A stretch of 64,000 bases of DNA from a virus. Position numbers and translations under genes: made by a program. Positions 17,784-27,903 of this stretch are shown piece after piece; the stretch's first letter is position 1; every line of letters begins with the position of its first letter. Where the stretch lies: IMG/VR virus record IMGVR_UViG_3300028920_000043, positions 32,001-96,000 of that record. One strand, written 5' to 3'. The notes under the pieces are model-generated. The model did not search any database, was not told the DNA's origin, and saw only the letters and a program-made list of their open reading frames with translations.

Positions 17784-20700
17784 TTACCAATACATCATCC
17801 AATAAAACATCAGGCGTTCCCCCTTGTCCCTGATCCCAATAAATACGATACTTAACAACATCCCCGGAATTAGATCCTTGCCACGTCAGAAATGCTTTAT
17901 CACCCACTTGAGAATAATCGAAAGTTCTGGTACTCCAGGTAAACGGTTTGGCAATTACATCTATAATATACTTGCCTCCGCGTGCCATGCCTCCTATTAC
18001 TCGTCTGAAATCATCTTCCTCTTTTATGTTCTCTGCATACAGCGCACCATTCCGATACACGTCAAATAATACTTGCCCTGCATACCCCGCTGGCTTGCTC
18101 GTGTAGTCCCAGGTTGCTATTACTGAATCTTGCGAAGCAGGATGTTGAATTACTTTTATCCAATCCATCCACTCCTCTATCATATCATACACGAAAGAAC
18201 CGTCCTTCACCGCGGACTGATTGTACTGATACAGCAAGTTTCCATCTTTGTAAAGGGGCCCAGTATACATGTAAAAGATCGGACCGTCTACCTGTAATAA
18301 TTGAATCAACTGATAGGCAAATGCTCCATTCTTCGCCACATCCAGAACTGTATCGTACACGATAGAACCATCTTTTATCAACGTCCCCTTGTAGGCATAT
18401 GCTATATTGCCATCGATCTCGAACCGGTTGATTATATCATATAGAATTCCACCATCTTTTTTGATGTCATTTAGAATTCTATAGAGTACTTGCGCGTCTT
18501 TGATGGGAACGCCTGAATATCGATATAATAGACTTCCATCTTTCACCACTGACTTAACATAATCATAAAGTACTTGTCCATCCTTCAGGTACTCATTAAT
18601 ATACTTGTAAAGAATTCCTCCATCGGCATGTGGGTATTGTTGATAGTAGTCATAGACAACTTCAGCATCCTTTACCAAATTGGAAAGATAATCATAAACA
18701 ACTTGACCGTCCTTACTTAATTCTTTTAGAATCTCATATAGTATATCGGAATCTTTTGAAAGCTTAGAATGATAGTCATATAGAATTGGTCCATCTGATT
18801 TTATCTTCCCATCGTAACCATATAAGATATCTCCATCACTTCCTATGAAGACATCCCCAATAGCGTAAGTAATAGGACCATCCGATGTCCACTCTTTTGT
18901 GTATTCAGAATTCGGTGGCGTAAAATCGGAAGTCCATCGGGCGATCCCTTTGCTGATCCGCGGTTCGTCTATCCTTCCAGCCAAATAATTCCCATCCCAG
19001 CGTCTGCCGTAGTAAACACCATTCATATCCACGCTGTTCGAATTCGACCAGTTGGATCCCTTCTGCACGCCATCCACAAAGAATTTAACGGTGCCGCTGG
19101 TCCTTATCATCGCCATGTGCATCCATTCGCCTATTTTTATATCTGAATCAGAAAACTTTGTTGACGATCCTCCCAGCATAACATCCCACCGATTACCCGC
19201 CTTGAATGGTTGAATATAAAGTTGATTGCTGGTAATAGAACTGATGAACATATCAGTGGCGGCTTGGGCGTCCAAAAGTAGCCACCCTTCAACTGTGAAA
19301 TCTCCTGTTCCAAAATTCCAATCATCGTGGTCGGCAATAGAAAGATAATCGGTGGTGCCATCAAATATACACGATCCTCTCCCAAATCTTCCGCAGGTTC
19401 TTACTTTTACATTTCCATAAGGTCTCAATGCTCGATTGCTGCTAGAGCTATCAATTACACCGCCACCATGTATTAATAACTTTGTGTAGGAATCAGCAGT
19501 GTACTTTGATGTTTCTGGTGTAAAGCCTGAAGTCCATCTGGCTATCCCTCTTGAGACTCTAAACTCCGTAATTCTGCCGGTCAAATCCATCGTACCGTTT
19601 CCCCACTCTCCTATTTTCTTTGCTTCATCCTTAGTCACGATACTACCAGAAACAGTAATATCAATATCCTTAACCCCGTTTATGAACGTCATCCAATTAT
19701 TACCGTTTCTAACAGCGGCGAAATGATTCCAAGTATTCAAGGTTAAGGAGGTAGACCCTATACCATTACCGCCCGGATCCGCATTTATTAAATTCCATGA
19801 ACTCCCGTTACCAGATACCCAAAGATTAATATTTCGCGTTCCTTGATAATGATAGTCAAATCCAAACCAGTAATCTGTCGATCCAGCAAATAGAGCGAAT
19901 CTGCCTTCTACCGTTGGATAAAACCAGAAATCAACGGTTAAGTCGTCTGATCCAAAATCAAAATCAGGAAAGTTTCTTATGGACAAATAATCATTGGATC
20001 CGCTAAAAATCATCTCCCATTGATTATCCACTAGAGGCTTCGTTACTTTTACATAAGCATCTCCGGAACCAGTAATCGTATGGGAAGACCCTGATGAATC
20101 TTCCGGTGTCGTATCGCCTTCCACATCGTTGGCGTGGATTAATAGTTTTGTGTAAGAATCAGAAGAATATTGAGTGGACTGTGGTGTAAATGCGGAAGTC
20201 CACCTAGCCACTCCTTTGGAAATTCTTATCTCGGTCAGATACCCTTTGAATACTCTGGAGGAATAATACGCGTCCCTACCAATCCCTAATAAGCTGTTTG
20301 GATCGTTTACAGAACTGCTTCCAATATCTGAAGAAGCACTTCCCGTTCCCATAGCAACGCCATTCAGGTAAGCCGTAACGGTGGAGCCATTTCTTACCAG
20401 AGCTATGTGGCTCCAAGCATCGAAAGTGACATTCTCTGCATCATAGGATCCGTAATCATCGGATCCAGAAAAGACAACCACTCTCCATTTACTTGAAGTA
20501 TGTCCTATAAAAATTCCTATAGTTGTATTACCAGAACCGGATCGAGTAGTAAGAATGTACGGATCGGATGCCCCCGATATAGGATATACCAAGAAATCTA
20601 AAGTGAAATCACCTGAACCCAATTCCCAATCTGCCGAATCTGGTGTAGTAAAATAATCTCCAGTTCCATCAAAAACCAGTATCCCTTTACCATCATTTAG

Positions 20701-21498
20701 CGGATGTGTTTTATCTGAATAAACATCTCCAACGGTTGTTACAAAATGTCCAGAATCACTTTCGTCTTTTGCGGCAACTGTCAGGTCTGGTTCATCAGTA
20801 TGGATTAATAGTAGTGTATTGGCATCTTCTGCATACTGTGAAGTCTCTGGAGTGAAACCAGACGTCCAACGGGCTATATCGGAAATTCGCATTTCCGTGA
20901 TATACCCTTTATAATATCCATTTCCGCCATCCCATGTAGCCCATCCAAGTCTAACAGAACCACCATAAGCCAAATCCAAATCGGTCGAAATACTAGAATC
21001 AGAATCTTCCAAAGTACCATCTACAAATAGGTAAAGATTACTTCCACTCCTTACCACTGCCACATGATGCCAAGTCCCAGTAGCGAAAGTATTCGTTGAT
21101 GTTAAAATTGGGTCACCTTCTGGTTGCCAATGAACACTTACCTTTTGAGCTTGTCCAACATTATTGTATCGAATAGCAAACCCATTAGCCCAACCGCCTT
21201 GAGTTGCTATAAAACTAGGATAGTTTGCAGAAGATCCATCGTCCTTAAACCAAAAGTCAATCGTAAAGGCATTGCTTCCAAAATTAAAATCATCCGAATC
21301 TGGTATGTGAAGATAGTCACCGGACCCATCAAAGTACAAAGCACCCCTCCCGTCCAATAAAGGATGGGAGAAGTGCTGTGCATCTCCATTTGCAGTTATG
21401 GTATGATTTTGTCCCGAGTAGTCTTGGAAATTCTGACCAGCGTCGGGACCATTGAAATGATCAAGAAGTTTCGTGTATTCATCGATTCCTACAGGCAT
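17773..21498 (-). CDS. Tail fibre with 4 LamG (ConA-like) domains, 17 x ~14-aa repeats and C-terminal FN3-like segment
   Basis: Four domains each end in (T/D)ExR(I/V)S(x)x(I/V)ARWTSxFTP, with FTIDFW and WHHVAVVR motifs; a KDGxhhYxY repeat array follows. Confidence 0.85.
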   Translation of the reverse strand: MPVGIDEYTKLLDHFNGPDAGQNFQDYSGQNHTITANGDAQHFSHPLLDGRGALYFDGSGDYLHIPDSDDFNFGSNAFTIDFWFKDDGSSANYPSFIATQGGWANGFAIRYNNVGQAQKVSVHWQPEGDPILTSTNTFATGTWHHVAVVRSGSNLYLFVDGTLEDSDSSISTDLDLAYGGSVRLGWATWDGGNGYYKGYITEMRISDIARWTSGFTPETSQYAEDANTLLLIHTDEPDLTVAAKDESDSGHFVTTVGDVYSDKTHPLNDGKGILVFDGTGDYFTTPDSADWELGSGDFTLDFLVYPISGASDPYILTTRSGSGNTTIGIFIGHTSSKWRVVVFSGSDDYGSYDAENVTFDAWSHIALVRNGSTVTAYLNGVAMGTGSASSDIGSSSVNDPNSLLGIGRDAYYSSRVFKGYLTEIRISKGVARWTSAFTPQSTQYSSDSYTKLLIHANDVEGDTTPEDSSGSSHTITGSGDAYVKVTKPLVDNQWEMIFSGSNDYLSIRNFPDFDFGSDDLTVDFWFYPTVEGRFALFAGSTDYWFGFDYHYQGTRNINLWVSGNGSSWNLINADPGGNGIGSTSLTLNTWNHFAAVRNGNNWMTFINGVKDIDITVSGSIVTKDEAKKIGEWGNGTMDLTGRITEFRVSRGIARWTSGFTPETSKYTADSYTKLLIHGGGVIDSSSSNRALRPYGNVKVRTCGRFGRGSCIFDGTTDYLSIADHDDWNFGTGDFTVEGWLLLDAQAATDMFISSITSNQLYIQPFKAGNRWDVMLGGSSTKFSDSDIKIGEWMHMAMIRTSGTVKFFVDGVQKGSNWSNSNSVDMNGVYYGRRWDGNYLAGRIDEPRISKGIARWTSDFTPPNSEYTKEWTSDGPITYAIGDVFIGSDGDILYGYDGKIKSDGPILYDYHSKLSKDSDILYEILKELSKDGQVVYDYLSNLVKDAEVVYDYYQQYPHADGGILYKYINEYLKDGQVLYDYVKSVVKDGSLLYRYSGVPIKDAQVLYRILNDIKKDGGILYDIINRFEIDGNIAYAYKGTLIKDGSIVYDTVLDVAKNGAFAYQLIQLLQVDGPIFYMYTGPLYKDGNLLYQYNQSAVKDGSFVYDMIEEWMDWIKVIQHPASQDSVIATWDYTSKPAGYAGQVLFDVYRNGALYAENIKEEDDFRRVIGGMARGGKYIIDVIAKPFTWSTRTFDYSQVGDKAFLTWQGSNSGDVVKYRIYWDQGQGGTPDVLLDDVLVNVD
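18168..18888 (-). repeat. Protein-level tandem repeat, 17 units of 14-15 aa (xKDGxhhYxY)
   Basis: SDGPILYDY, KDGQVVYDY, KDGQVLYDY, KDGSLLYRY, KDGNLLYQY and similar units. Confidence 0.9.
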
Positions 21499-21537
21499 CG
21501 TGACTCTCTCCTACGTCATCAGTTTGCTTCCGGATGT

Positions 21538-22053
21538 TTATGACCCGGCTGTCTGGCCTTTAAGTCTCAATGTCGCCGGAACTGACGCGTCTGCCTGAGT
21601 ACCTGCTGGAATCGTTTGCTTCAACCAAACTCCTTGTGCTGATCCGGCAGTCAAGCTGCCACTGTTGGCAACATCGATTGCCGCGCCTTCTGATGGAGCG
21701 TCAGCAAATACGATGTCACTGGGTGCAGTGAGCGGATTGGGAATACTCTTGGTATCATCGAGTGACGATGCCAATCCGATCTGAATCTGCCCAGCGTGCT
21801 CTTGTGCCTGAATCCAAACCTTCGATGCTGTGAGCGGTGTGGTTGCGTTCTTGTTCTTTGCGAATACCTTCTGGAACCGAATCACATCCGAACCGCCTGC
21901 TTCTTGTGCTGCGACTGTATAGAACACCTGACCCAATGTTCCATCCAGCTCTGTCTCTGAACCGTCTTCTCCGCCACCTGCCGGTGCACCATCACTGGGC
22001 GCCATCATTGACGAAAGAATCCACAATAGATCACTTGCGACTACTGGAGACAT
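21538..22053 (-). CDS. Virion structural protein (tail-associated)
   Basis: AGGAGG SD before MSPVVASDL. Ala/Gly/Ser-rich beta protein (RFQKVFAKN, GVWLKQTIPAG) of a type I recall from tail modules. Confidence 0.55.
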   Translation of the reverse strand: MSPVVASDLLWILSSMMAPSDGAPAGGGEDGSETELDGTLGQVFYTVAAQEAGGSDVIRFQKVFAKNKNATTPLTASKVWIQAQEHAGQIQIGLASSLDDTKSIPNPLTAPSDIVFADAPSEGAAIDVANSGSLTAGSAQGVWLKQTIPAGTQADASVPATLRLKGQTAGS

Positions 22054-23959
22054 TCGTTTCCTCCTTTCCAAGTTCTGTCAAACTTTTCACCTTGATATTG
22101 GGGCCATATAAAATTCCCGCATCGGTGATATTAAAAAACTCAATTTGCTTATAAGCGCTTGTCAATTCTACCAAGGTTTCTCGCATCTCGTTATAGAGCA
22201 GATTGGTAATTACTGCTCCGTCTTTAACATCCTTGGCAATCAATAAACCTTCTTTCTGAATATCCTCATATCTTATCGTCTCATCGTAATACTTTTTACC
22301 GCCGGTGTATGCCAAATCAACTCCACCAATAAGAATCTTTTTGCAACCCATACCGATCAAACAACTGATACCGGTAAATACAACGGATAAGGCAGATCCG
22401 AGAATCGTCAGTTTAACTTCATCCAGTATGTTAGGATGTACCGATCCAATTCCCATAGTATGGAAAAATCTCTTCTTACCCTTCCACGCTTTAATCACTT
22501 CAGGGTGAAGTACTGACGACGCCAGCATCTCATGCTTCGATGTATCCACTCCATCAAAATGCCTTACCACATTATCCTCTGGATGGATTGCAATAAAGTA
22601 GTCTGGCTCTATACCCCACTCACACATAATCCTGAAACCTGAATTAGCACCTATTACTATGCGCTTGGTTCTTCCCATCCCCAGAAATCCCTTCAAATCG
22701 TCTTTAATATTATTAACTGATGGTGCGGAGGAGATCAATACTCCCACCTTATCCTCAGACGATTTGAATAGATCATCCAGAGTTTTCGATTTGGAAAGCT
22801 CAGGTTTATTCCTCTTGAAGTTTTCTGCCCAAACATTCTTCCACGTATTCATGGTTAAATCATTCACCGCTTCTCTTGCATTTCCCAACGTAACTGGTAC
22901 CATAACTCTATTCTCATCAGCGCCAGTAAACTTCAAAACATCTTTGGCTCTGTTTTCATAAGTATGATTTTTTAGAACGTGACTTCTTGCTCGTGCAATC
23001 AACTGCTCACGTTCTTTTCTGTTCTTCATGTAGTGCTCTATGATCTTCGGTATCTCGTCTATCTCATCATAAAGTGCTACAATATCATCCGGAAATAGCT
23101 CCTTGACTGCTTCACGCTTTTTCCATGTCAGCAATAATGCTCCTGCCGCGGGCACTTCAAATACTCTCGGAGATACCGTGGTAGATAAAATCCCCGGATT
23201 GGTTCTTCCGTATTCAGAAACCATTTCGTTTCTGGGAATATCCAATGCTATCTTTGTACCGGCATCGAACTTCGCCATTTCTTCTATTGATACGCTTCCC
23301 CTTCTCCAAATAGAATTCAAATAATCCGACTTGAAATTTCTTCTTGAGTTTCCAACGATCTTCAAGCGGTACCGTTTCAATTCCTTTTCTAGCTTATCCA
23401 GTGCATCCATTCTTTCCGCGAATAATGATCCGCCAATTAAGACATCAGACAAATAGTTTCTGGGAACGCGGCGTGGGTAAAATACATTAGGATCCACAGC
23501 AGTGGGTAAGTACATCGTCTTATCTTCACCATGTACTTTTACTGTATTCTTTTCATTGGTAAAGACATAATCATAGTAAGGCGTGAATTCTTTTGAAACA
23601 TTTACCTGCTGAGGCTCATCTGTCAAATATACTGCTGTTTTGATTCCAAGCTTCTTTACATTGGTTATTATCCCAGTATGAATATTGGCACCATGAATGA
23701 CAAAGACAAAATCTATTGCATACCTCACGCAATAGTTCAAGATGCCTTGAGCAATAAGCTCAAAGAAATCATTCTTGGACATATTCAATTCTGGATCGAA
23801 TATCGAGTTTACTTGAATCGCTTTTTGAAAGAAATCCAAAACCCGATTGGTTTCATAATCCCAGACAGTATGCCCAAGACGCCGAAATGCTTCTGAAAAG
23901 CCTTCACCAACATCCTTCGTACTAAACGCAAATCCACTACCCACCATTAAAATATTCAT
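22031..23959 (-). CDS. CgeB/GT-B glycosyltransferase fused to a Maf (MAF_flag10/DUF115-like) domain
   Basis: N-term YLTDEP, SPRVFEVPAAG, HTYENRA. C-term SSAPS, GIEPDYF, SVVFTGISCLIGMGCKKILIGGVDLAY. Confidence 0.8.
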   Translation of the reverse strand: MNILMVGSGFAFSTKDVGEGFSEAFRRLGHTVWDYETNRVLDFFQKAIQVNSIFDPELNMSKNDFFELIAQGILNYCVRYAIDFVFVIHGANIHTGIITNVKKLGIKTAVYLTDEPQQVNVSKEFTPYYDYVFTNEKNTVKVHGEDKTMYLPTAVDPNVFYPRRVPRNYLSDVLIGGSLFAERMDALDKLEKELKRYRLKIVGNSRRNFKSDYLNSIWRRGSVSIEEMAKFDAGTKIALDIPRNEMVSEYGRTNPGILSTTVSPRVFEVPAAGALLLTWKKREAVKELFPDDIVALYDEIDEIPKIIEHYMKNRKEREQLIARARSHVLKNHTYENRAKDVLKFTGADENRVMVPVTLGNAREAVNDLTMNTWKNVWAENFKRNKPELSKSKTLDDLFKSSEDKVGVLISSAPSVNNIKDDLKGFLGMGRTKRIVIGANSGFRIMCEWGIEPDYFIAIHPEDNVVRHFDGVDTSKHEMLASSVLHPEVIKAWKGKKRFFHTMGIGSVHPNILDEVKLTILGSALSVVFTGISCLIGMGCKKILIGGVDLAYTGGKKYYDETIRYEDIQKEGLLIAKDVKDGAVITNLLYNEMRETLVELTSAYKQIEFFNITDAGILYGPNIKVKSLTELGKEETNVSSSRK

Positions 23960-24002
23960 CCTAATCTTCTCCTAGAAACTCAATTGCCAATTATCCTAAT
24001 CT

Positions 24003-24383
24003 TCACGCAATCGATCTTAAAAAGTTAGCACTGAATGTAGCCCAATGCCTGTCTTCAGTGCCGTAAGACAAGCCCTGAAAAAAACAATTAGAATATTCAT
24101 AGGTAAAATCATACAAGGATGCCGGAGCTGATACCGCCGATAGCTGTTCCAGTAACTGCTGTAAGTAGGCTATCAATGTCATCCTGCTCCGAGTCTCTTG
24201 GGTGATCCAACCCGCCACTGAAAGAGACTGTTGACCCCCTCCGAGATCTTTAATATAAACTCCTTCGGCTCTCGGTATTTGTTCCGTCAGCAAATTACGC
24301 TCAACATTAGGAACAGCATAAGAATGAGTTCCAATCTTTACTGTTCCAAACGTAACTACCGAACCGTGTTGAAGTATTGCCAT
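24003..24383 (-). CDS. Putative distal tail protein
   Basis: Directly after the tape measure gene; IPRAEGVYIKDLG motif; tube-like size. Confidence 0.5.
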   Translation of the reverse strand: MAILQHGSVVTFGTVKIGTHSYAVPNVERNLLTEQIPRAEGVYIKDLGGGQQSLSVAGWITQETRSRMTLIAYLQQLLEQLSAVSAPASLYDFTYEYSNCFFQGLSYGTEDRHWATFSANFLRSIA

Positions 24384-26785
24384 TATCCGCTCCAGTAAGC
24401 TCTGCGTTCACTCAATGACGTTTGTCCGGATCCCTCAACTTCAAACTGACGTAACCGAACTTGAATAGCACCCAGAGCTTTTCGTTCTGCTTCGGTATTA
24501 ATATACTGCTTCTGTTGATCAATGAGATCTAAAAATCCCTTATATGTTTCTTCTTTCATTGTACGCGACTTGCCCAGCAACTCGCGCAGCAGTTTTACCT
24601 GTGATAGTAATTGTGGTACTACATTTCTGTCCTCAACCACTGCCTCTCCCCCAGTCTTTGCTTCCTTAGGCGCTACTGCTTTCTTTGCTTCGACCGACGC
24701 TGCTTTCATTCGAGAGCCAGCCTCTTTTGCAATACCAGCACCGAAAGGCTGTCCCTTTCCTACATCGGATACCTTCTTCCAAAGATTACCAATTTCTTGT
24801 TGCATCAAAGGAGTAATTCCCTTAACTTTGTTCCGCATATCATCAATCTTAGACTGAGGAATGAGATCCGGCGCTTTGGTTTCGATAATTTGCCGGAGAC
24901 CCTCATTTATGGTCTCACCAGCTTTCTTAGCTTGAATCTTTGCTATCTTGGAAGAGTCACCTAGAAAATCAACCTTTCTTACCTTGATTACTTTTTCCAA
25001 ACGCAAAGCATAAATGGTCTGCTGTGCCTTCTTAATAAAAAAATTCAAGGCATTGTTTAACGATGTAGTAATAGCGGCTGACATTTTCCAAAACATTTGC
25101 TGAGCAGTTCCTGATACTACCTTAAACATTCCAATCATTCTTCCCTTGAAGCTCGCCATCTGTTGCCAAATCCAATTTATTGCTTCGGCAACTTGAGTAG
25201 CCATGCTCCAGAAGGCTACTTGTACCGTTGGTATTGCAGCCTTGATTAATTGAATTCCGATTATGATTCCTTCATAAATTTTCTTTCCTACCCACATTGC
25301 CGCAGAACCAATTCCTCTTATGGTAGAAGTAATGGAACTGATTACTTCTTTGTTCTTTGCTAAATCCTGCAACTTCAAACCAAGCTGAGTAACCCCTTCT
25401 ACAAAAGCACTACCTGACTCTTTTGCAGGACCAAACAAGTCGATACCAATAGCTCCGACCATATCGATTATTCCGCGTGCCAATGAAGAAACCGCTACCC
25501 ATATTTTATTCACCATGGTTCTGAAAGTTTCTGAAGTTCTGACAGACTTCGCCACGGCGCCTATCCAGGCTGCGGTTCTTCTTATGATATTTGACAGCTT
25601 CTGGGAATACGTCTCGAATACTTCAATGGAAAGAGCCTGCATTGCCGACTTGAGAATATGCAAAGCAGGAAACAATCCTTTATCCATTTCCTTCTGCATT
25701 GAAATTGTTCTTCCTTCAATACCCTGCAATCCTGCTTGATATTTTTTGATTGCTACCGATCCTTTATCCAGTAGCGCCTTTACTGCTGGACCACCACGTT
25801 CACCAAACAACTCGAAAGCTGTTGCCGAATCCAATCCGGCCTTCTCCATCTTCTGAATGATCTCGGTGAGCGAATTGGTTTTGGGATCGAGATCCGCAAC
25901 CTCAAGGCCGTACTTCTTCAATGCCTTGGTCAATGCGGGAGAGGCCTTATACAAAGCTGAAAACATTCTCCTCAAACCTGTGCCGGCCATGCCTCCCTTC
26001 AAACCTGACTCCGCAAGAACGTCCAATGCCGCGGCGGCTTCTTTCACGCTTGTCTTCGCTGTTGTGATTGCCGGAGCCACGAACTTAAATGCTTCCTTCA
26101 TTTCCATTATATTGGTATTGGCTTGCGCTGAAGCAACAGTAACAATATCCATTACTTCTCCAGCATCCTTCACTTTCTTTGCCAATGGGCCATAAATACG
26201 AGCAACGATATCCGCAGAATCCGCTAATGCTATATTATTCGCTTGTGCTCCTGCAAGTACCGTACTCATAGCACCAATTGTTTTATCCGCATTGAATCCA
26301 GCACGAGTCAATAACTCCATACCATCCGCGGCTTCTTTAGCAGTGAACTTTGTAGTCGCTCCTAGATCTTTCGCTTTTGCCCTCATTCTATCCAGAGCTT
26401 CCGCAGTATAATTTCCTGCGCCGACCATTACTCCTTTTATAATGTTCATCTGCTTTTCAAATGTACCACCTACATAGGTCATTCCGGCAAATGCTATGGT
26501 TCCGATTGTCCCCATTCTCTTTGCCGCTCGACCCAAGCCCTGCACTCCATTGGCGGCCGCTGTTATTCCCTTACTCAATCCTGCAAACGAAACCGCTGCA
26601 ACCTTTCTCATGGATGCCGCCATGAGTGTAAGCGATTTAGAAGCAACTGAAGCAGAGGCAGCAACAGTCCGTGCCATTCCGGATAGTGACGCCAACTTTG
26701 CCGCCGCCATTCTTATGCCAGTATTGAATTTCCTTACATTGGCAGAAACACGAACTGAAAGATCACCAATCACTTGTGCAGGCAT
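24383..26785 (-). CDS. Tail tape measure protein (TP901-like)
   Basis: AKDLGATTKFTAKEAADGM, GLKGGMAGTGLR, LFGERG; Ala-rich and helical; 800 aa. Confidence 0.95.
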   Translation of the reverse strand: MPAQVIGDLSVRVSANVRKFNTGIRMAAAKLASLSGMARTVAASASVASKSLTLMAASMRKVAAVSFAGLSKGITAAANGVQGLGRAAKRMGTIGTIAFAGMTYVGGTFEKQMNIIKGVMVGAGNYTAEALDRMRAKAKDLGATTKFTAKEAADGMELLTRAGFNADKTIGAMSTVLAGAQANNIALADSADIVARIYGPLAKKVKDAGEVMDIVTVASAQANTNIMEMKEAFKFVAPAITTAKTSVKEAAAALDVLAESGLKGGMAGTGLRRMFSALYKASPALTKALKKYGLEVADLDPKTNSLTEIIQKMEKAGLDSATAFELFGERGGPAVKALLDKGSVAIKKYQAGLQGIEGRTISMQKEMDKGLFPALHILKSAMQALSIEVFETYSQKLSNIIRRTAAWIGAVAKSVRTSETFRTMVNKIWVAVSSLARGIIDMVGAIGIDLFGPAKESGSAFVEGVTQLGLKLQDLAKNKEVISSITSTIRGIGSAAMWVGKKIYEGIIIGIQLIKAAIPTVQVAFWSMATQVAEAINWIWQQMASFKGRMIGMFKVVSGTAQQMFWKMSAAITTSLNNALNFFIKKAQQTIYALRLEKVIKVRKVDFLGDSSKIAKIQAKKAGETINEGLRQIIETKAPDLIPQSKIDDMRNKVKGITPLMQQEIGNLWKKVSDVGKGQPFGAGIAKEAGSRMKAASVEAKKAVAPKEAKTGGEAVVEDRNVVPQLLSQVKLLRELLGKSRTMKEETYKGFLDLIDQQKQYINTEAERKALGAIQVRLRQFEVEGSGQTSLSERRAYWSG

Positions 26786-26786
26786 A

Positions 26787-27122
26787 TCAACTCCTTGCTT
26801 TCGCTTTCGCTACATTCAAACACGCTTGCCGAGTGTCCATGACTATTGAACCATCCTGCTTATCCGGATCAACTCCATGCAGAATGAACCACGCTCTCAA
26901 TCCGTCTTCGGAATCGCAGTCTATAACATCCTTTCTTTTTGATGAAGGCAAAGAATCAGGATGTTCTGATAATGCCAATTCCAAATCTTCTTGATCTTCT
27001 CCTATCCGTTTGAGAAGCTCAAAAGCCATAGTAGAATCCAGGCTCTCGATATACTCAATGGACCATCCATAGGACGTAGCAAGTCTATGGATTAAATCGA
27101 CAAGGTTTATTCCGAAGGGTTT
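26787..27122 (-). CDS. Tail assembly chaperone, -1 frameshift extension (gpT-like part)
   Basis: This frame opens exactly at the slip site: KPFGINLVDLIHRLATSYGWSIEYIESLDSTMAFELL. The track ORF 26787..27029 is its C-terminal part. Confidence 0.75.
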   Translation of the reverse strand, partial: KPFGINLVDLIHRLATSYGWSIEYIESLDSTMAFELLKRIGEDQEDLELALSEHPDSLPSSKRKDVIDCDSEDGLRAWFILHGVDPDKQDGSIVMDTRQACLNVAKAKARS

Positions 27123-27442
27123 TCAGCTTCTGAATCTCCTTCGTTCTGTTTGGGCATTTTTCCCGAAATCAAGTCGGTAATTATTTCAACGTCTCCCATA
27201 TCCACGACTTTACTCACCCTCTCTTCAGTTATATCTGAATGAGTACGCCGTGCTGATGCCGTGAACAAACGAAGGATTAACTGCCACTGTTCGATGATAG
27301 GCGTTTGATCTCCTTCTGCGTTCAACTTCATCAGCTTTTCCAGATCTTCACCATGCTGCATCATCTGCTCTATGGTGTACGGGCGAAACGTTACTTGCTC
27401 ACTACCATCCTCCGACTTCAATACTACCCTTACCTTACTCAT
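27107..27442 (-). CDS. Tail assembly chaperone (gpG-like)
   Basis: Lies between tail tube and tape measure; ends ...EAENPSE* across the slippery heptamer. Confidence 0.8.
   Translation of the reverse strand: MSKVRVVLKSEDGSEQVTFRPYTIEQMMQHGEDLEKLMKLNAEGDQTPIIEQWQLILRLFTASARRTHSDITEERVSKVVDMGDVEIITDLISGKMPKQNEGDSEAENPSE
27116..27122 (-). promoter_or_regulatory. -1 programmed ribosomal frameshift site A AAC CCT
   Basis: X XXY YYZ heptamer in frame with the chaperone. The -1 frame has a TGA immediately before the site and is open to 26787. Confidence 0.75.
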
Positions 27443-27483
27443 AATAATCCTCTCCTTCGTTAAAAATGAAACATGCTACTTGC

Positions 27484-27882
27484 TTATGACGTTTGCTTCG
27501 TCATATCACTTCCCGGATCGATCTGCCGGAAGGTAAATGTACCGGTGACATAATCGGTCTGGGCTGAACTGATTTCGTGAGAAACCAATTTGCATCCCGC
27601 GATAGTACCGACCAAGCCACCACTGTTCTTTCCAACACCCAGAACCACATCGACCTTAGCACCATCCAAGATATCCTGGATATTGCCATACGTGTTGATT
27701 CTGATTGCCGTTGCTGTGATCTCAACCGACATATCGCCGAGTTCGATTGCCAAGGGTAAACGATAATCTCCACCGCGCAGTTCTTCCGGCGAACCATCAT
27801 AGCTCACAGTGCAATCTTGCAGGGTACCGATGTCATTGCCACCCATCTGCAATGTTCCAACTGAAAAACGATACTTAGCCAT
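27484..27882 (-). CDS. Major tail tube protein
   Basis: Position before the chaperones; 132-aa beta-rich protein; GAAGGAG SD. Confidence 0.65.
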   Translation of the reverse strand: MAKYRFSVGTLQMGGNDIGTLQDCTVSYDGSPEELRGGDYRLPLAIELGDMSVEITATAIRINTYGNIQDILDGAKVDVVLGVGKNSGGLVGTIAGCKLVSHEISSAQTDYVTGTFTFRQIDPGSDMTKQTS

Positions 27883-27903
27883 TTATAATCTCCTTCTCAA
27901 AGA

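Noticed and set aside
7018-21498. Diversity-generating retroelement acting on the fibre genes
   Set aside because: No reverse transcriptase, and I saw no near-identical TR/VR pair differing at adenines; the LamG repeats are diverged at all positions.
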